Program-made: the position numbers and the translations under genes
In this document: one piece after another, positions 27,751 to 41,800 of the stretch
Position numbering within the stretch: the stretch's first letter is position 1
Layout of the letters: every line of letters starts with the position of its first letter
Notes under the pieces: generated by a model
Database searches by the model: none
What the model saw: the letters and a program-made list of their open reading frames with translations, nothing else
Told to the model about the DNA's origin: nothing
DNA from: Mizuhopecten yessoensis
Taxonomy: Eukaryota
NCBI RefSeq assembly: GCF_002113885.1
Contig: NW_018408441.1
Location: 301,608-365,607 of the forward strand
Reading direction: 5' to 3'
Length of the DNA stretch: 64,000 bases

Positions 27751-30049
27751 ATCGTAGTGGGCATGCATTGCTGTAACCAGTGCTCCACACGGACCTCGCC
27801 TCGCCATCGGTTAATACAATATTAATACGGCCTAACCTTATATGGTCATTTGGTCAAATTGTGATGTCGTTAACGCCATTACTGTCTGTAATTCCGATTC
27901 GGAGAAAATGAACGAGACGATGATGTTTGCATTAATGTGATGAGACGGTACCGCTGAGCTGCGAGCTCCCCGCCATCCCTCGTCCCTTTAACAACAGTAT
28001 CACCAGACACTGATAGACATCGATTTTATGAGCACCACACTGGAGACACGGTCAGACAATTCTGGTCATCGGATAATTAGACGTAATTATTTAGTGTCAA
28101 TCGATGTATATGTAGTGGAAAATTAAATCAAACAAAATATAAGTCCATTATTTTCTTCAATGATCGATTAGCCTAAAGGTGTAATTCTAGCATTTCCTTA
28201 ATGTAATGTAACCATATAAGGATTCCTTTGCGTGTTCAATGGCGTGTTTCTGTGAAAGTGACATAGCCCTACTTTTAGTCTATTCCAACACAATTACGTT
28301 CCACCAGCATTGTAAAATCAATCATCGATATCTACGATAACGCAAACTATTGTCATTTTCTGAAAACAAATTGATATTGTTCCCCCTCCATGTTGGTCAG
28401 TTCGTTTCTAATGCTTTTAATTCTATACGATGACATTCGGTAATTATTACTGAAATTGATTAAAATTCAAATTGAATACAATCTACTCCGTTTGAAATTT
28501 CAAATAACCCTGGAGTCATTTTTCCACAAAAGAGCCCCTATGTATTTTTAACCACCGATCAAATTTTGAGTTCAATTGATGTGAGGAGATTATACTATGA
28601 ACTGGCATTTAACACACTATGAGACCAACATCAGCTCACGATATCACTACATGAAAGCGCCTAATTTAGCCAGGAGCAACACGAAATGGGCAGCTAACAA
28701 ATGTTTCCATGTTTTCCAAATGCTTATCTCCCCTATCTTGAAGCTCCCCAAACATATTATACATTTGGGACAAAGAAGAAGCGGAGGTGACAAAATTGGC
28801 AAACTTTATATCATCAGGGACTTATCAACGATGGGTCCTTTGGTGAAAAAAGACGTTTGGAGCCGAGGAACAGATGTATGACATTCCAATGGCGCTATGT
28901 TACCTAATTAGTCCCGTATTCCCCGAAGAGACCACATCCACTCACACTGATATTGCCCCGACATACAATGTTAGGTTTATGCGCACAGGCAGGCAATATT
29001 TTGTGTGAATGAATGTGTCCGAGCTAGAACTCTCCCCTCCGTGTCATCAGGGTCCTAATTTTGGTAGAGAAGGTATTACAAATTATCAACAAAGTGTTAA
29101 GTTCCCACGATGGGCCACGCTGGAGCAGTGGCTATACACCTGGGTGTGTCGCGCGATAATTGGCTATTACAGCACGCGCTACCTCTGTCAGGTCATGGAA
29201 GGGGCCAAATCAGGAGCGACACTCTGAGGTCCCATTTCGGGACTGGCTTCCCCCGCTAGCCTACCGAATAGCCGGAAACTCAGTGAAAGGTCATGAGGTC
29301 TTGGACTGTCTGTGATATTAAATTCAATCCAAAATGGAATGGGGCATGTGGCGATGAGCTACTTAGATGTATTACAATAAAATAACAAGTACATTAAAAC
29401 ACATAATAGCGTTACCACACAGGAACAAAATCAGAACTTTGGTCGAAACGAGTTCGAGGAAATGAAATCAAGCTCTTGAAATTCTACTAGACATTATTTA
29501 ATAAATATTGAATTTAAACAACAAGAGAATACAAGAATGACACAAGATAATCCACCATGACCACCATTAGAGTAAAAGTGGCTGTAGGAGACATAATGTC
29601 AATTGAGAGTATACGATATTACAGGTTGTAGGTATCTTATGCTAAATGTGACCATTAGAACATGTAAAGTGCGCAATATTGATAGAGGTTGACAGGTAGT
29701 TAGGATGAATATTTGGTTTAGAGATTATGTGTATGTACCTTATGTTGAAACCAAATATTGGAGAGTACTGGTTGTATTATATTAAATTCTAGTATTTCAT
29801 GGTGTAAGGTTGTACATAGTGTGATGACTATCGTGTTAAATTCGTTGTGTATAGTATCGGGAACAAAATATCAACCGAAAATCAGTGGACAGACTTACAA
29901 GATCAAAATAACAGCATGTACAACCAGTGAACAGAACAGCAGATAAAAATTGAGAGGGCCTCTACTAACTGTACAAAGACTAACCCATAGAGAAAAACGA
30001 CGTTTTCAAACAAAAACAGCGTCTGCAAAACTGCAAACAAATAATACAT

Positions 30050-30760
30050 AAAGAATGGCAGCGTCTATAGATTCACCCGATACAAATCAAAGAGGACTAC
30101 ACACACTGACAGCCTCTCCGAACTGTATACAGAATGATAAAACAAATACAAACAAAAACGATAACAAATGTCAACGTCTACCAAATGTACACAGAATAAA
30201 TGATAAATATATGGTGATTTGTATAAACAATGTCGGCATCTATCAACTGTATACAGAATAACCTATAAAAATGACAGCGCCTAAAACAATGACGGCATCT
30301 ATCAACTGTATACAGAATAACCTATAAAAATGACAGCGCCTAAAACAATGTCGGCGTCTATCAACTGTATACAGAAAACCCGAAACAAAATGACAGCGCC
30401 TAAAACAATGACGGCATCTATCAACTGTATACAGAATAACCTATAAAATGACAGCGCCTAAAACAATGTCGGCGTCTATCAACTGTATACAGAAAACCCG
30501 ATACAAAATGACAGCGCCTAAAACAATGACCGCATCTATCAACTGTATACAGAATAACTGATACAAAATGACAGCGAACGAGTCTTCAATATGTATATAG
30601 AATAAGATAAAGAATGACGTTGTTTACTAAATGAGCACAGTCTAGCCGATAAACGATGACGGCGTCTAAAACAATGACAGTTTCAGCTAACTGTACATGA
30701 ACGACCGATTAAGATATGATGACGTGTACAAACAATGGCATCTACAAACTGTCAAATAGA
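30050..30760. repeat. 59-bp minisatellite (core 30225-30580) with degenerate flanks
   Basis: Unit aaacaatgtcggcgtctatcaactgtatacagaataacctataaaaatgacagcgccta; period 58-60 read directly. Confidence 0.92.
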
Positions 30761-32214
30761 TAACGGTATTGATTGTAATATTTATTATAGACTTGAACAA
30801 TATCTATTGCTTAATTGCTTAGATAATAATATATTAGAACCACACCATAACCCATTTTTCACACCAGCTCATAAGAAAGATATTTGATAAAAATAGAACA
30901 TAGAAATGTGGAATGAAAACAAATGATACCTTTGATCAATTAAGTGTTTTACCTGAAGTCAGTTATTTAGCATTAACTATAAATGATTAAGTAGGTTTCT
31001 TTTTTAGGAGTTACACAGTAACTAAATATATAAAAGTTCAACCTTCCAAGACATTCGATATATATATGAAAGTGAGTCCTGTTAAGAAAATAATAGGTTC
31101 TACAAAATCAATGCACTTGGCGTTAAACATTTGGTGCCCAGAGTACAGGTTACAAGTACAGACGGAGACATGTGATGTGTCTGGTATCGCACCATTGCAC
31201 AGGGTGGACCATTTTATCTGGTGATCATCCTCACGAGGAGCCGGGGTGGAGCGTCGTGTCACCCCGCTACAGTTAGTCGGGTGATTCACTCGCCAAACCT
31301 CGTCAGATGGTGTTTCGTGATTCATCTCCAGCAGCCGTGATTCATTAGAATGGGTAAGGACAGATTCTACCCATTCTAATTACACAGCCAAATTATCCCA
31401 TTTATGTCGGCTATTGACACATTCCAAACCAATTACGTAAATATAGTCAAAACATTTGTAGGCGATGTCTGGGTGGAAATTATGTGCCTGCAACCAAAGT
31501 TTCGTATTCATGCATTTTTTAAGAAATGCAATTTGATATTCTATTTTTAGGAAAATGATTGGATGAGTTTAATTCCATTACGTAGTTACACTTAGTTATG
31601 TCTAATTTTCCGTTATGATGCGGGCAACGTCTGTCGCTAGTAAAACACAGTATCAGTATGCATATTACAAATATATTGATAAACAGTCGAACAATTGCAA
31701 TGCCTCAACATTCGACCTTTTTGAAAGTTCAAAACATAATGATTGCCGAGAAATTATACTAATGGTCAAGGAAACGATTTGGTCTTAGCTTAAGTTAAAC
31801 ATACACGATGTGTCTTAACAAAGGAGAACTCCATTTCTTCTTGCACTCATAAAAAAATAATTCAAGGGTACTTTGGTCGTTCATCTGCATTGGTATTCAC
31901 TGAGAGCAATTCAAGATTGCATTGCTTACAGACACGGTACATACAAGTCATGTACTTATCATTTATCTCTGTAGAACAACCATTTGAGGACATAATATGT
32001 GTCAAAAATCTATACAAAAGGGAACAATAAGTGGGGGTCTGATACGTTACTACTAAGGAAAGGAATGTTAACTTCTGTCAAGACGTCTCGTTTATCAGAA
32101 AGTCTGATGGTGACACGGAAATATCCCATCATTCAAACTCGAAATCGATGACATTAGGGCATCATATGAACAATGGATAGCACAAGGATAAGATTCCGTG
32201 TCCCAGAAACTAAA

Positions 32215-32905
32215 AATCCAACCAAGTGATAGTTGACCAGTGCAAGACAACATCCAAACCGTGATAGCTGACCAGTACAAAACAACATCCAACCCGTGAT
32301 AGCTGACCAGTACAAGACACCTACCAACCCAGTGATAGCCGACCAGTGCAAGACGACATCCAACCCAGTGAGAGCTGACCAGTACAAGACACCTATCAAC
32401 CCAGTGATATACCTGACCAGTGCAATACACCATCCAACCCAGTGAGAGCTGACCAGTGCAAGACACCTACAAACCAAGTGATAGCTGACCAGTGCAATAC
32501 AACATCCAACCCAGTGAGAGCTGACCAGTACAAGACACCTACAACCCAAGTGATAGCTGACCAGTGTAATACAACATCCAACCCAGTGATAGCTGACCAG
32601 TACAAGACTCCTACCAACCCAGTGATAGCTGACCGGTGCAAGACGACAACATCCGACAAAGTGAAAGCTGACCAGTACAAGACACCTATCAACCCAGTGA
32701 TACATCTTACCAGTGCAATACACCAACCAACCCAGTGAGAGCTGACCAGTGCAAGACACCTACAAACCAAGTGATAGCTGACCAGTGCAATACAACATCC
32801 AACCCAGAGAGAGCTGACCAGTACAAGACACCTCCAAACCAAGTGATAGCTGACCAGTGCAATACAACATCCAACCCAGTGAGAGCTGACCAGTACAAGA
32901 CAACA
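32215..32905. repeat. ~36-bp minisatellite with alternating A/B units
   Basis: ccagtga[g/t]agctgaccagt[a/g]caa[gacacct/tacaacatcc]...; 12-aa periodic spurious ORFs on both strands. Confidence 0.93.
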
Positions 32906-35900
32906 CTCTCTAGATCCGGGCACCATTCAACATCTTATTCGACCCGTACACAGTATAACCAAGAAAGATCTAACAAGACCAAGACACCACGAAACCATAT
33001 AATGCTGTAATGAAGTTAATACCTGTAAATATCAGGACATATCCTTGAAGGAGCGACACGGCTTTAGGATCAATCGCATGGTTACATTAGTTTGCGGGCA
33101 TTCATTGGGGACGAATATATCGTACATTTTTTAAACACTCTTGCACATCAAATAATAACAGACAACATATTGTGATTTTGATTTTATATCATCCGACAGA
33201 TATACGAAGTTATCAACCTCAATTTCAGTTAATGTTTTGTTCTTCTTTTCAGTACAGAGCTATAAAACTAAGATTCTTCTAATGACGAAGTTAGCACATA
33301 CATGTATATCTTATACCCCAGCGAAATATATATCTTGGTAACGCAGTGGTGTAATTGATGGATATGGGTATATGGTCAACGGATCTGTAACCTTTGCCCT
33401 TTCAGTTACACCATGAAAAGTGTATATTACAAAGGCATATTATAATAATTATTTCAGTTTCATAGCGTATGACGACAGTACTTGTACCAAGCAATGACGA
33501 TATCTTTACATACTGGAACTTAATACTGTGATGAAATTTGACCTAAAGTGCATAACTGCCAAGGAACGGATTCATATTGCAAGACATTGCTGTAATTATT
33601 TTGTTCTACATGCTTGAGAATAATTGATTAATGCAATTAATAAATCCTTTAATAGTACGTTATGAGCCGGTCAGCGCCGACCCCTATGATTCATAACAAT
33701 TATCCGCCATGATAGATAATAGAAAGAATGATAATAATCCTACAACAGATTGCCAAGTTCCCGAAATCTCCCCTCAAACCGGTGAGTGTCCATTATGACT
33801 GCGGAACTACCGGACCATGCTGGCGTCTATCTCGAATCTGAGGTCGTAGATTCGGCAAACTCGTGTCCGCAGGGATTAGTTCTTAGTCGCATTAGGGGCC
33901 GGGGCGATACCCCGGTCTTGTGAACAGCTGTACGGGACAGCATTAACGGTACCAATCATATCGGCAACGCTCGCCTACGAATCCAATAGTCCCTCGGAAA
34001 GGATTACGAGATTGACTGTCCCACTAATTAAAAGCGATTTCGTAAGAATTGAGCATTGTCACAATGGCTAGTTCTGAACCTATTTATTCTGATCGGGAAT
34101 AATGAAATGGTATCTTCGGCCATATTTAATTACATTTTTATCATCAAAGTGTTAAACTGCATGCAATAGTGCGAGGCTATTTATGGCATTAACCAGGAAT
34201 TACACACCTCGTGCGCCGAATGCCTCCGCGCGACGTCCATGTCGGAGAAACAAAAGGGCGGCCATATGTGCTTTGTAGCAATGTACGCCATGATTCATAC
34301 GAACAGCGTCTAGGCAACTTCTATTTTCTCTTAATTACGCCACTGACATTCTGGAATTCATTTCCATGAAAATATTTGTCCATTTTCTATAGTGTGTCTG
34401 GTACTACCCTAGCCGGCGGCTTCTCAGAGAGCTTTTGACTCCTATTCCGGTGCTTATTAACGGCGGAGGTCAGAAGATAATACCAAATTACTAGATCAAA
34501 CGATAGTCCTGTGACAATTCGCCAGGCCGTGCCGTGCAGTGCGCGGTCGGTTCGCCCGCTATTGACAGAGGGAGTCGTTGTGAGACACATTGATTAAGAT
34601 TTAGGGCGCTGTCGGCCCATTAACGTGTACGGGAATCCGCGCTCTCTCTCTATCGCTATCATTCCAAGAAAAAGCTTAGGTCCCTAGAGAAATGACAATT
34701 TTGTCAAATTTACCCAATTATCTTTATGAACCATTGTTCACGAAAGATATAAAAATCGACCAATTATTCTTGCAGTGACGACAATTATGGAGAGAATATT
34801 TCTCAAACAAGATTATGTAGCAAAAAGTCATCGACAGTGTCGTCTAGGCGAGTTTATCTCCAATGAACGCGCATTAAAGCCAGCAAAGTCGGCGGATCTA
34901 AAAATTAATGAAAAACAGTGGGAAAACGGAATAAAAGCGTGCTCAATGCTGAGACGACAAAATTCCCATTAGATTTGTAGCCGAAATCACGGCTTAAGTT
35001 TATCGGCGAGAAAAACAACGATGTGAATGCTAATTTAATATTGGGTTAATTTGTTAAACGGGGGATTGGGGACTTGGCCCGATCTTTATGGTAAGGGTTA
35101 TGACAAGTGAGCAAAGCTCTTGTCCGATCTGGACTGTCCACTCATGATCATTATCGACAAGAGGCTTTATCAGCCTGTCGGGGACTATGCTAATTGATTC
35201 CCAGTCTATTGGCGCCCATTCATCCCAGAGTCCATCCCAGTGAGCAAACAAATTAACCACATATTCCGCTACTAAAGGTATTTTGTTACCGTCATTAATT
35301 ACAACCAGCGATTGATTATCAACGTATCTTATCATTAGGTTGACGTCCTCCATTAAAGTAACAAAAGGCTGTCAGACAGGACTTCCTCCTATGACATTTA
35401 TTTTTATTAAAAAAAAGCATACACGTTAAAAATCCCCCTATTTTGAAATACTAAGAATTCATTCGATGCTACTACCTTGCTATTGTACACAATATAAGGG
35501 TTTTAACGTTTGGCATCACATCATGTAAACTGTGTGTTCAAGTGGGTGTAGCTTTAATATTTAATACCGTTTTGTGATATCACGTATTTAGAATAAACAT
35601 TATCACCAACCATGTGATATCACCATTTCAAATTCTGAAAGTTATATAGGACGCATTCGAATAGGTTATTGCACATAGCATTCGAATGGGTGGCGATTAG
35701 CAGTTATTCAAAACGGTGATTTGCTAAGTGACACTTTACGTAATAAAATAAATTTTAGACCCTTCAAAATGTAAGTTATTTCTGACACAAAGAGTTTCGT
35801 GATAATAAGCATGTTGACTTCCATTTTGTTTCTGTGATTTGCGTTGCATTTCCTTTTGACTGGAAGTGTAAATATACATTTTTTTTAACCATTTCGTCTT

Positions 35901-36039
35901 TCAGGTTTGACGTGATAAATGGTGGTTTTTTGTGGTTTTTTTTTTCGTATTTTAGAAGATTTGAGAGAGGCTTAAGATGAAAACTTGCAACAATTGTAAT
36001 GAACCTTTCTGAAGCCTTTGACTGTGCATCACAATATTT

Positions 36040-37440
36040 CATTAGAAAAACATTCAGCTAACAGTCTGCCAAATAGTTCAGTGTCTCTTCTCACTAATTA
36101 TCTTTCCGACAGGAAACAACCAATCAAGATTAGTCAAATTGTCAGCAGTTAGGGATACTAGTAAAGGTGTACCTCAGGGCTCAGTCCTCGGGTTGATCCT
36201 TTTTGATATGTTTATCGATGATATTTTTTTTTTCATTTTAAAAAACACTCCATTTAACTCCTGATTTTGACTTCATGATTTAATATCTAATTGAAGACAG
36301 TGACCCTGTTACAGAATGATTCGATGTTTTTTTAATGTATGCACTCAGATTAGGACAGGTTCCGAGTGTGGCATTGAGGAAGATAGCTAATAACAAACAA
36401 CCAGTTTTAGCATACAAATATAGACATCAGTTGTGAAGATTCTGTAGATCTCTTAGGTGCAAGTATTGATTTTCAATTCAAATGATACCTATATATCAAA
36501 CCTATCTAGAAAGGCAGCACAGCAAATTAACATGACAAACACACTAGGCAAATACTTGTGTCTATTGCTGAATAAAAAAGTACATCATTTAATGGGCGGA
36601 TTGGTCGAGTGGTTAACGCTCCGGCCTTCCACGCAGACGGCCGGGGTTCGATCCCCGAAGTCACCGTACGCATGGAATATTCAGAGAAAGTGTGTTTCTC
36701 CTGCCCACACAACTCCAACAACCCAGGTGGAGTATAAAATGGTCTGGGGTGGGTGTTGCGGTATCTGTGCTGTAGCATTCAAGTGAGGTGGCACTAAAAA
36801 AGATACCGTTGTAAGCACGGTCCCACTACGAAACAGAACACAATATATCTCCAGCACACACACAGGCATACACACATATGGAGATATTAGCCAGGTGGCA
36901 TAGGACTAGTAGTTAGCGCCTGATAAGGCAGCTCCTGCGAATTCCTCAATATTGTATTAATTAATATATATGCTCATTGTATTGACTGTATAAAACTGTA
37001 TATCTATGTACTGTAAAGCGCTGTATAGTGGCTTATGTTAGCTAGATAGCTGGGCGCTATATCAAATGTTGTATATTTATTTATTTTATTTTATTTATTT
37101 AAACGGACTGAACAAGCTGTCAATTATCTACTCTATTTTGCTCATAACCTTACCTTTTGTCCTCTGACATGACATTTTTGTTTAAAAACGAACACATTTT
37201 TATGAAAAGACAAGAAAGAACCTGACGTTTTGTGTACGATGACTTTATTTCCAATTATGATGATCTTTCAGATAGAGAAAAAAATAACCAACATTAGCAG
37301 TCAGGCGCTAAAGAACCATGCATATGACCACTGAAACTTTCAAAAATCTTAAACAATTTAGCACCGCGCTACTTACCCGACATTGAAGTAATATTCAATT
37401 ACTTGAAATCTCTGATTATGAATGGAGAGAGATGTAAATG
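36040..37440 (+). mobile_element. Decayed CR1-group LINE ORF2 (RT domain and C-terminal part), interrupted by a SINE
   Basis: Translates as LLTNYLSDRKQPIKI...KGVPQGSVLG.ILFDMFIDDIF, then ISNLSRKAAQQIN..., and after the SINE ..FCPL..HFC..QER..RFVYDDF; many stops and frameshifts. Confidence 0.85.
36594..37100 (+). mobile_element. tRNA-derived SINE (Gly-like head) with a LINE-type 3' tail and (TTTA)n end
   Basis: A box TGGTCGAGTGG (36602-36612), B box GGTTCGATCCC (36645-36655), 'gccttccacgcag' resembling the tRNA-Gly(TCC) anticodon arm, tail tgtaaagcgct...gggcgctatatcaaat ending in tatttatttatttt. Confidence 0.88.
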
Positions 37441-38671
37441 CAGTCTCTGTAAATAACACAATACTGCTCTGTTATACTGGGAAATCCCTTGTTAAATCTA
37501 TTGTGTGCGTTGTTTCCATGTATTAAGTTGATCTTTTCTGTTCTTTTCAACATGAGATAATTGTTTGATTCTCGCCTTAATTATTTTCTCCTTTAAATTA
37601 CACTGGTTCTATATTTTTAACCCTTTAGTTTCATGTTAACTGTGCTGGTCACATGACTATATTTGTCTTCAGCAACGCCTATGTCATCTTTTGTTAATTC
37701 CATGTCTAACATTCATTAAGCTTTGCTGTGTCATTTATTGAAAATTTAACCGTTTTGTTCATTTTCAGCGCAATGTATCATATCTTGCTTTTATGGCTTA
37801 TGGCTATTTATAATTGATTCAATATCTGTACGATAGCTTATTTGCGATTTCTGGTTTTCTGTGCTGTATATGTTAACAGCGCCTTTAATAACTGTTTGAA
37901 CATTATATGAATGTTTTATATACTGGGACAGCAAGTTTAACTTTATAAGGAAGAACATTGTATCATTTTAGCTCTACATCTGTCTTATAAATATGTGTGC
38001 AAAGCTGATACTAATTTATCTATAAACAATGTTAATACATATTTTGTTTACTGTACATAAGTCAATGTTGGTTTGATTGTTTTCCTCGGCTTGCCGTCTT
38101 GAAATAAAGCGTATTTTCTGTTTTATTTTGTTGTATTTTTGTGTGTTGATGATACGGTGCAATCTTTTTCTGTTTCCACATACAACGATAGTTTCCATAG
38201 CATCGCCTGTCACACCTGACGTGTAAAAATCATACATTTAATGAACTAAAAAATAACTAGAATACCTCACTGAAGTAAAAACGGTAGACACTGCGTAATA
38301 GTCAGGTTTGGACCTTAATGAGTATTACATAAAAACACAAGTGCATCGACCTACATACATCATTTAAACTAAAACACATACTCAACAAATATACGTTGTA
38401 AGATGTCATTTTCCTTTAGGCTAATTGCGACGCCTTAGATGATGTTTGTTTAGCATTTATTTATCTGAACCATGATAAAGGCCTGTAGAATGAGGCCAGG
38501 ATGCCAACCTAACAGCTATAAGAAAACTTGAGTAAAGAAAGACAGGTCAATCACTGTCAGTCTCCAGCATAGGGTACGTAACAAGGAAAACATCGACTGA
38601 AAAAACGTTTGATTTGAAAATCCAACACCAAAGTAAGGCGATTTAGAGACAAAAGATAAAGAAAAATACAT

Positions 38672-38873
38672 GAGAACTTAGCCCCGAAGGTAATGACCCG
38701 GGGAGGTAAAATATGTAGGAAGAAAACATTGAAAACTCTAGCACCAAACAAAGTACACAAGCAGGGAGGCATAATTCATAAGATTGTTCTTTGGGTCTTT
38801 ACTTTGACGAAGGTATTTGTATATTGTATATGTAACGCACCTCCTCGAGACGTTACTTTTGGGGCTATATCTC
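38672..38873. mobile_element. Old MITE with ~35-bp imperfect terminal inverted repeats
   Basis: Left gagaacttagccccgaaggtaatgacccggggaggt versus reverse complement of right end gagatatagccccaaaagtaacgtctcgaggaggt. Confidence 0.65.
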
Positions 38874-41800
38874 GTAAAGCGTACTGAAAGGCATCATATG
38901 TGATATATATAGATAAACAGACACATTTCTTGTATCAATGAAGGAATATCGCAATATACATGTAAATGAACATGGTATGAACGATAATTGACATCCGACA
39001 TTCATTGAAGAATAATCAGCTTTACATGAACATATGACAATCATGTCACCTGCTACAGTCAGATTTAGTTAGTTGTGCCCCATAATAGCATCTCTGTTCT
39101 TGGCAAAACTACAAACGAAAGTCAGTGGTGACATACAAATAACTTACTTAACTCTTCGGTTCGACATCGGACGAGTCATGGATGTCCAACAGAATGGATA
39201 TCGAACGATTGATGGAAAACTCTGGTTTAACAAGAGCCAGATGGGAATATCTTATCAAATACATCGGACATTCATCATTCAAACCGAGTGTTGACGGCCG
39301 ATCTATAATATCATTTTGTACTCTGCCCTTGACAGTTTGTTTTAAACTACAATCTAATCGTATAACCCATTAATTGGACATGTCCATCAGCGGGTACCAG
39401 TTACTCAGGAGTAAACGTTTATCTGTGTTTAGTTTGGCCAGAGACGTTGTTACTATAACCATGACAGTTATACGGTGGACAACAAGAGCTGGACAGAAAG
39501 ATTTAATTTTTCATATCCTTGTGTGTCATACGTGGTACACACAGATTTAAATATTCAAACGTTTGTGTACCATGGAAAACATGTACCGCGTTTTACACAA
39601 AGGTATGAAAGTGATTGGCGTTCATATCTTTTTGTACCATACGCGGTAAACAAGGGTAGTGTATAAAACATAAAATGATTCTACCGCCTGATATGGGCTT
39701 ATTAGGACATATACAACGAATTTACAAATACTTTATTGACGTTTATGCATTTTCCACTTACCGATGCCTGCTTAATGTTAACATTAAACATATAACAGTT
39801 ATTTAGATATGTTAACTTGGGGATAGACGCTATATAAAACTTAAACTAGGTACATTTGGAAAATTGGTTTGGGGCGATAATATTGATTTTTCATTTTACG
39901 TAATGTTAAAATGAAAAGGTCCTGAATAAAAAACAAAAGAGTTTTTGAAATATTAGACCATTTCTCATTGAGACATATTCATGACATATTCAAATGAGAT
40001 AAGTCGACATCATGACAACTTTCCATATGCATGATTCATCGCATATAAGGCAAAAGTCTGATTTTACAAACTTTTCCTTCGGGTATGAACAAAGAAAAGC
40101 TTCCGAACTTTCTGCGCACTAATGCACGTGACCAAACATACCGATGACTCGGGTTGCTGAGTTGGAGACAATGCATGACACATTCAAGCTTCCGCGTAAC
40201 GTTGAGTCATTGTTCCATGTCGTATTTCAGGACCGAACACAAACAGTTCACCGCCCCAGAATGATGTAAGGCCACCCCTGACCTCTAGTGTCACTCTTAT
40301 TTGCATAATCTCATCAATCTTATCGGTCCGCTGTCTTAGCTAACAAAGTTAGGCAAACGAAGAAATTAATGACTCAATGAACCTTAAAATATTTTCACAT
40401 TTGAGTTTAGCTGTTATAGTATGCGGGTGACGTAATTGGTCTGATGTAGCCGAGAGGGTTGCGGAGGCTGAGGCCGTGTACATTACTGGGTAGCTCTCTC
40501 ATATAACGCGACATGCTGTACCGTAAAAAAATATGATATGCAATCGAATATATGAATAAATAAACGGAGTTCCAAAAATCACTCTTTGCATTATGTGACA
40601 TTTATTGTGAATTGATCTCGATATATAGATTAGTAATGCTATTACACTGAGATGGGATGAAGGGGATGAAAGTCAGTGTACCACGGAAATGATCAGCTCT
40701 CTGATAAAGCTATCACGATACATGTCAAACAATTCCTTCTGGCGAAGTACGATAGATTGACGACCCAAAGCAGTCGCGTAGTTGCTTTGCCAATCAGACA
40801 GAGACATTGGACATCAGTAATGTTACGTAACATTCGAAGCTAAATGTGGCTACTCTATCAAATAGTATACGGTATTAACTTATCTGAAGGACTTCATGTC
40901 TATAACGATCACGTACATATGGTAGATAGTTTCTATAAAACAAATAACTTTTCTGTAAACTGTGAACAATGGAAAAAACCTTTGTGATAATGGTTAATAA
41001 CACGTTCATAATGTTTCAGTATTATATGACTGAAGCTTTGATCATTCAGCACCCTCAAATTAAATAAGAATGTATTGTTACCAAATCGTACTAAGACATG
41101 ACCAACGAGATGTCCTTTCCCGAAATATGGCCTAGTCTTATTGACCTGAGTTCGAATAATTTAATATCAATTTATGTAAAGAATTATAAAAGAATATTAC
41201 GTAAACTATAACTTCAAAAATGTTGGTTTCAAGACATGTATACAGTTTTACTCCATGACGAGACAGTGGCACGATAGACAGGGCGTAGCTAGTCCTTGTT
41301 CGGAGTTGATTCATTTAGGAGCGTGTCCAGGGAAGGCCTTGGTAGATGGACAAGGGGTTGCAACAAGCAGTGTTTCTACGAGCATGCTAGAGAAGCAGAC
41401 CAATCCGTGGGTGGCCGACCGTGATGAGGATACATCTAACTACAGACAAACGTCCTATATCACTAATGGGACAGGTGACACAGGCTTACGCCGGACTGCG
41501 CGAAAACACCGTGGTGATACAAATGTTAGATACTTGGCAACATGTTCAATATCACGCTGGCTCGACTAGGCAGTAACCCACTATAGACGTTTTCTTTTAT
41601 GTGCTAGTTAGTGATTAAATGCACTAAACAAGAGGAGTAATATACTAAACATCAGAAGCAACTTTGCATTAAGAAAAGCTCAAATTAGAACTACTTTATA
41701 ACTAGAACTGTGTACCAAGTATGAGCACCGACCCATCGGCACTAGTGAATAATCCTCATTGCAAAGTAATAGACAATTTGATTTGGAGATCTATAGGAAA

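Noticed and set aside
32095-33010. Cys/Trp-rich or ADQ-repeat proteins on both strands
   Set aside because: Products of the 36-bp minisatellite, with frame switches at unit indels and no splice or homology support
35054-35353. 99-aa minus-strand ORF as a gene
   Set aside because: No recognisable domain, no supporting exon structure, and the length is within chance expectation
36594-36667. tRNA-Gly(TCC) gene
   Set aside because: A and B boxes are present but the acceptor stem does not pair, no oligo-T terminator follows, and the sequence continues into a SINE body and tail
38295-38332. miR-12-like word tgagtattacat with a short stem
   Set aside because: Only the first 12 nt match and the stem is ~10 bp, too short for a pre-miRNA
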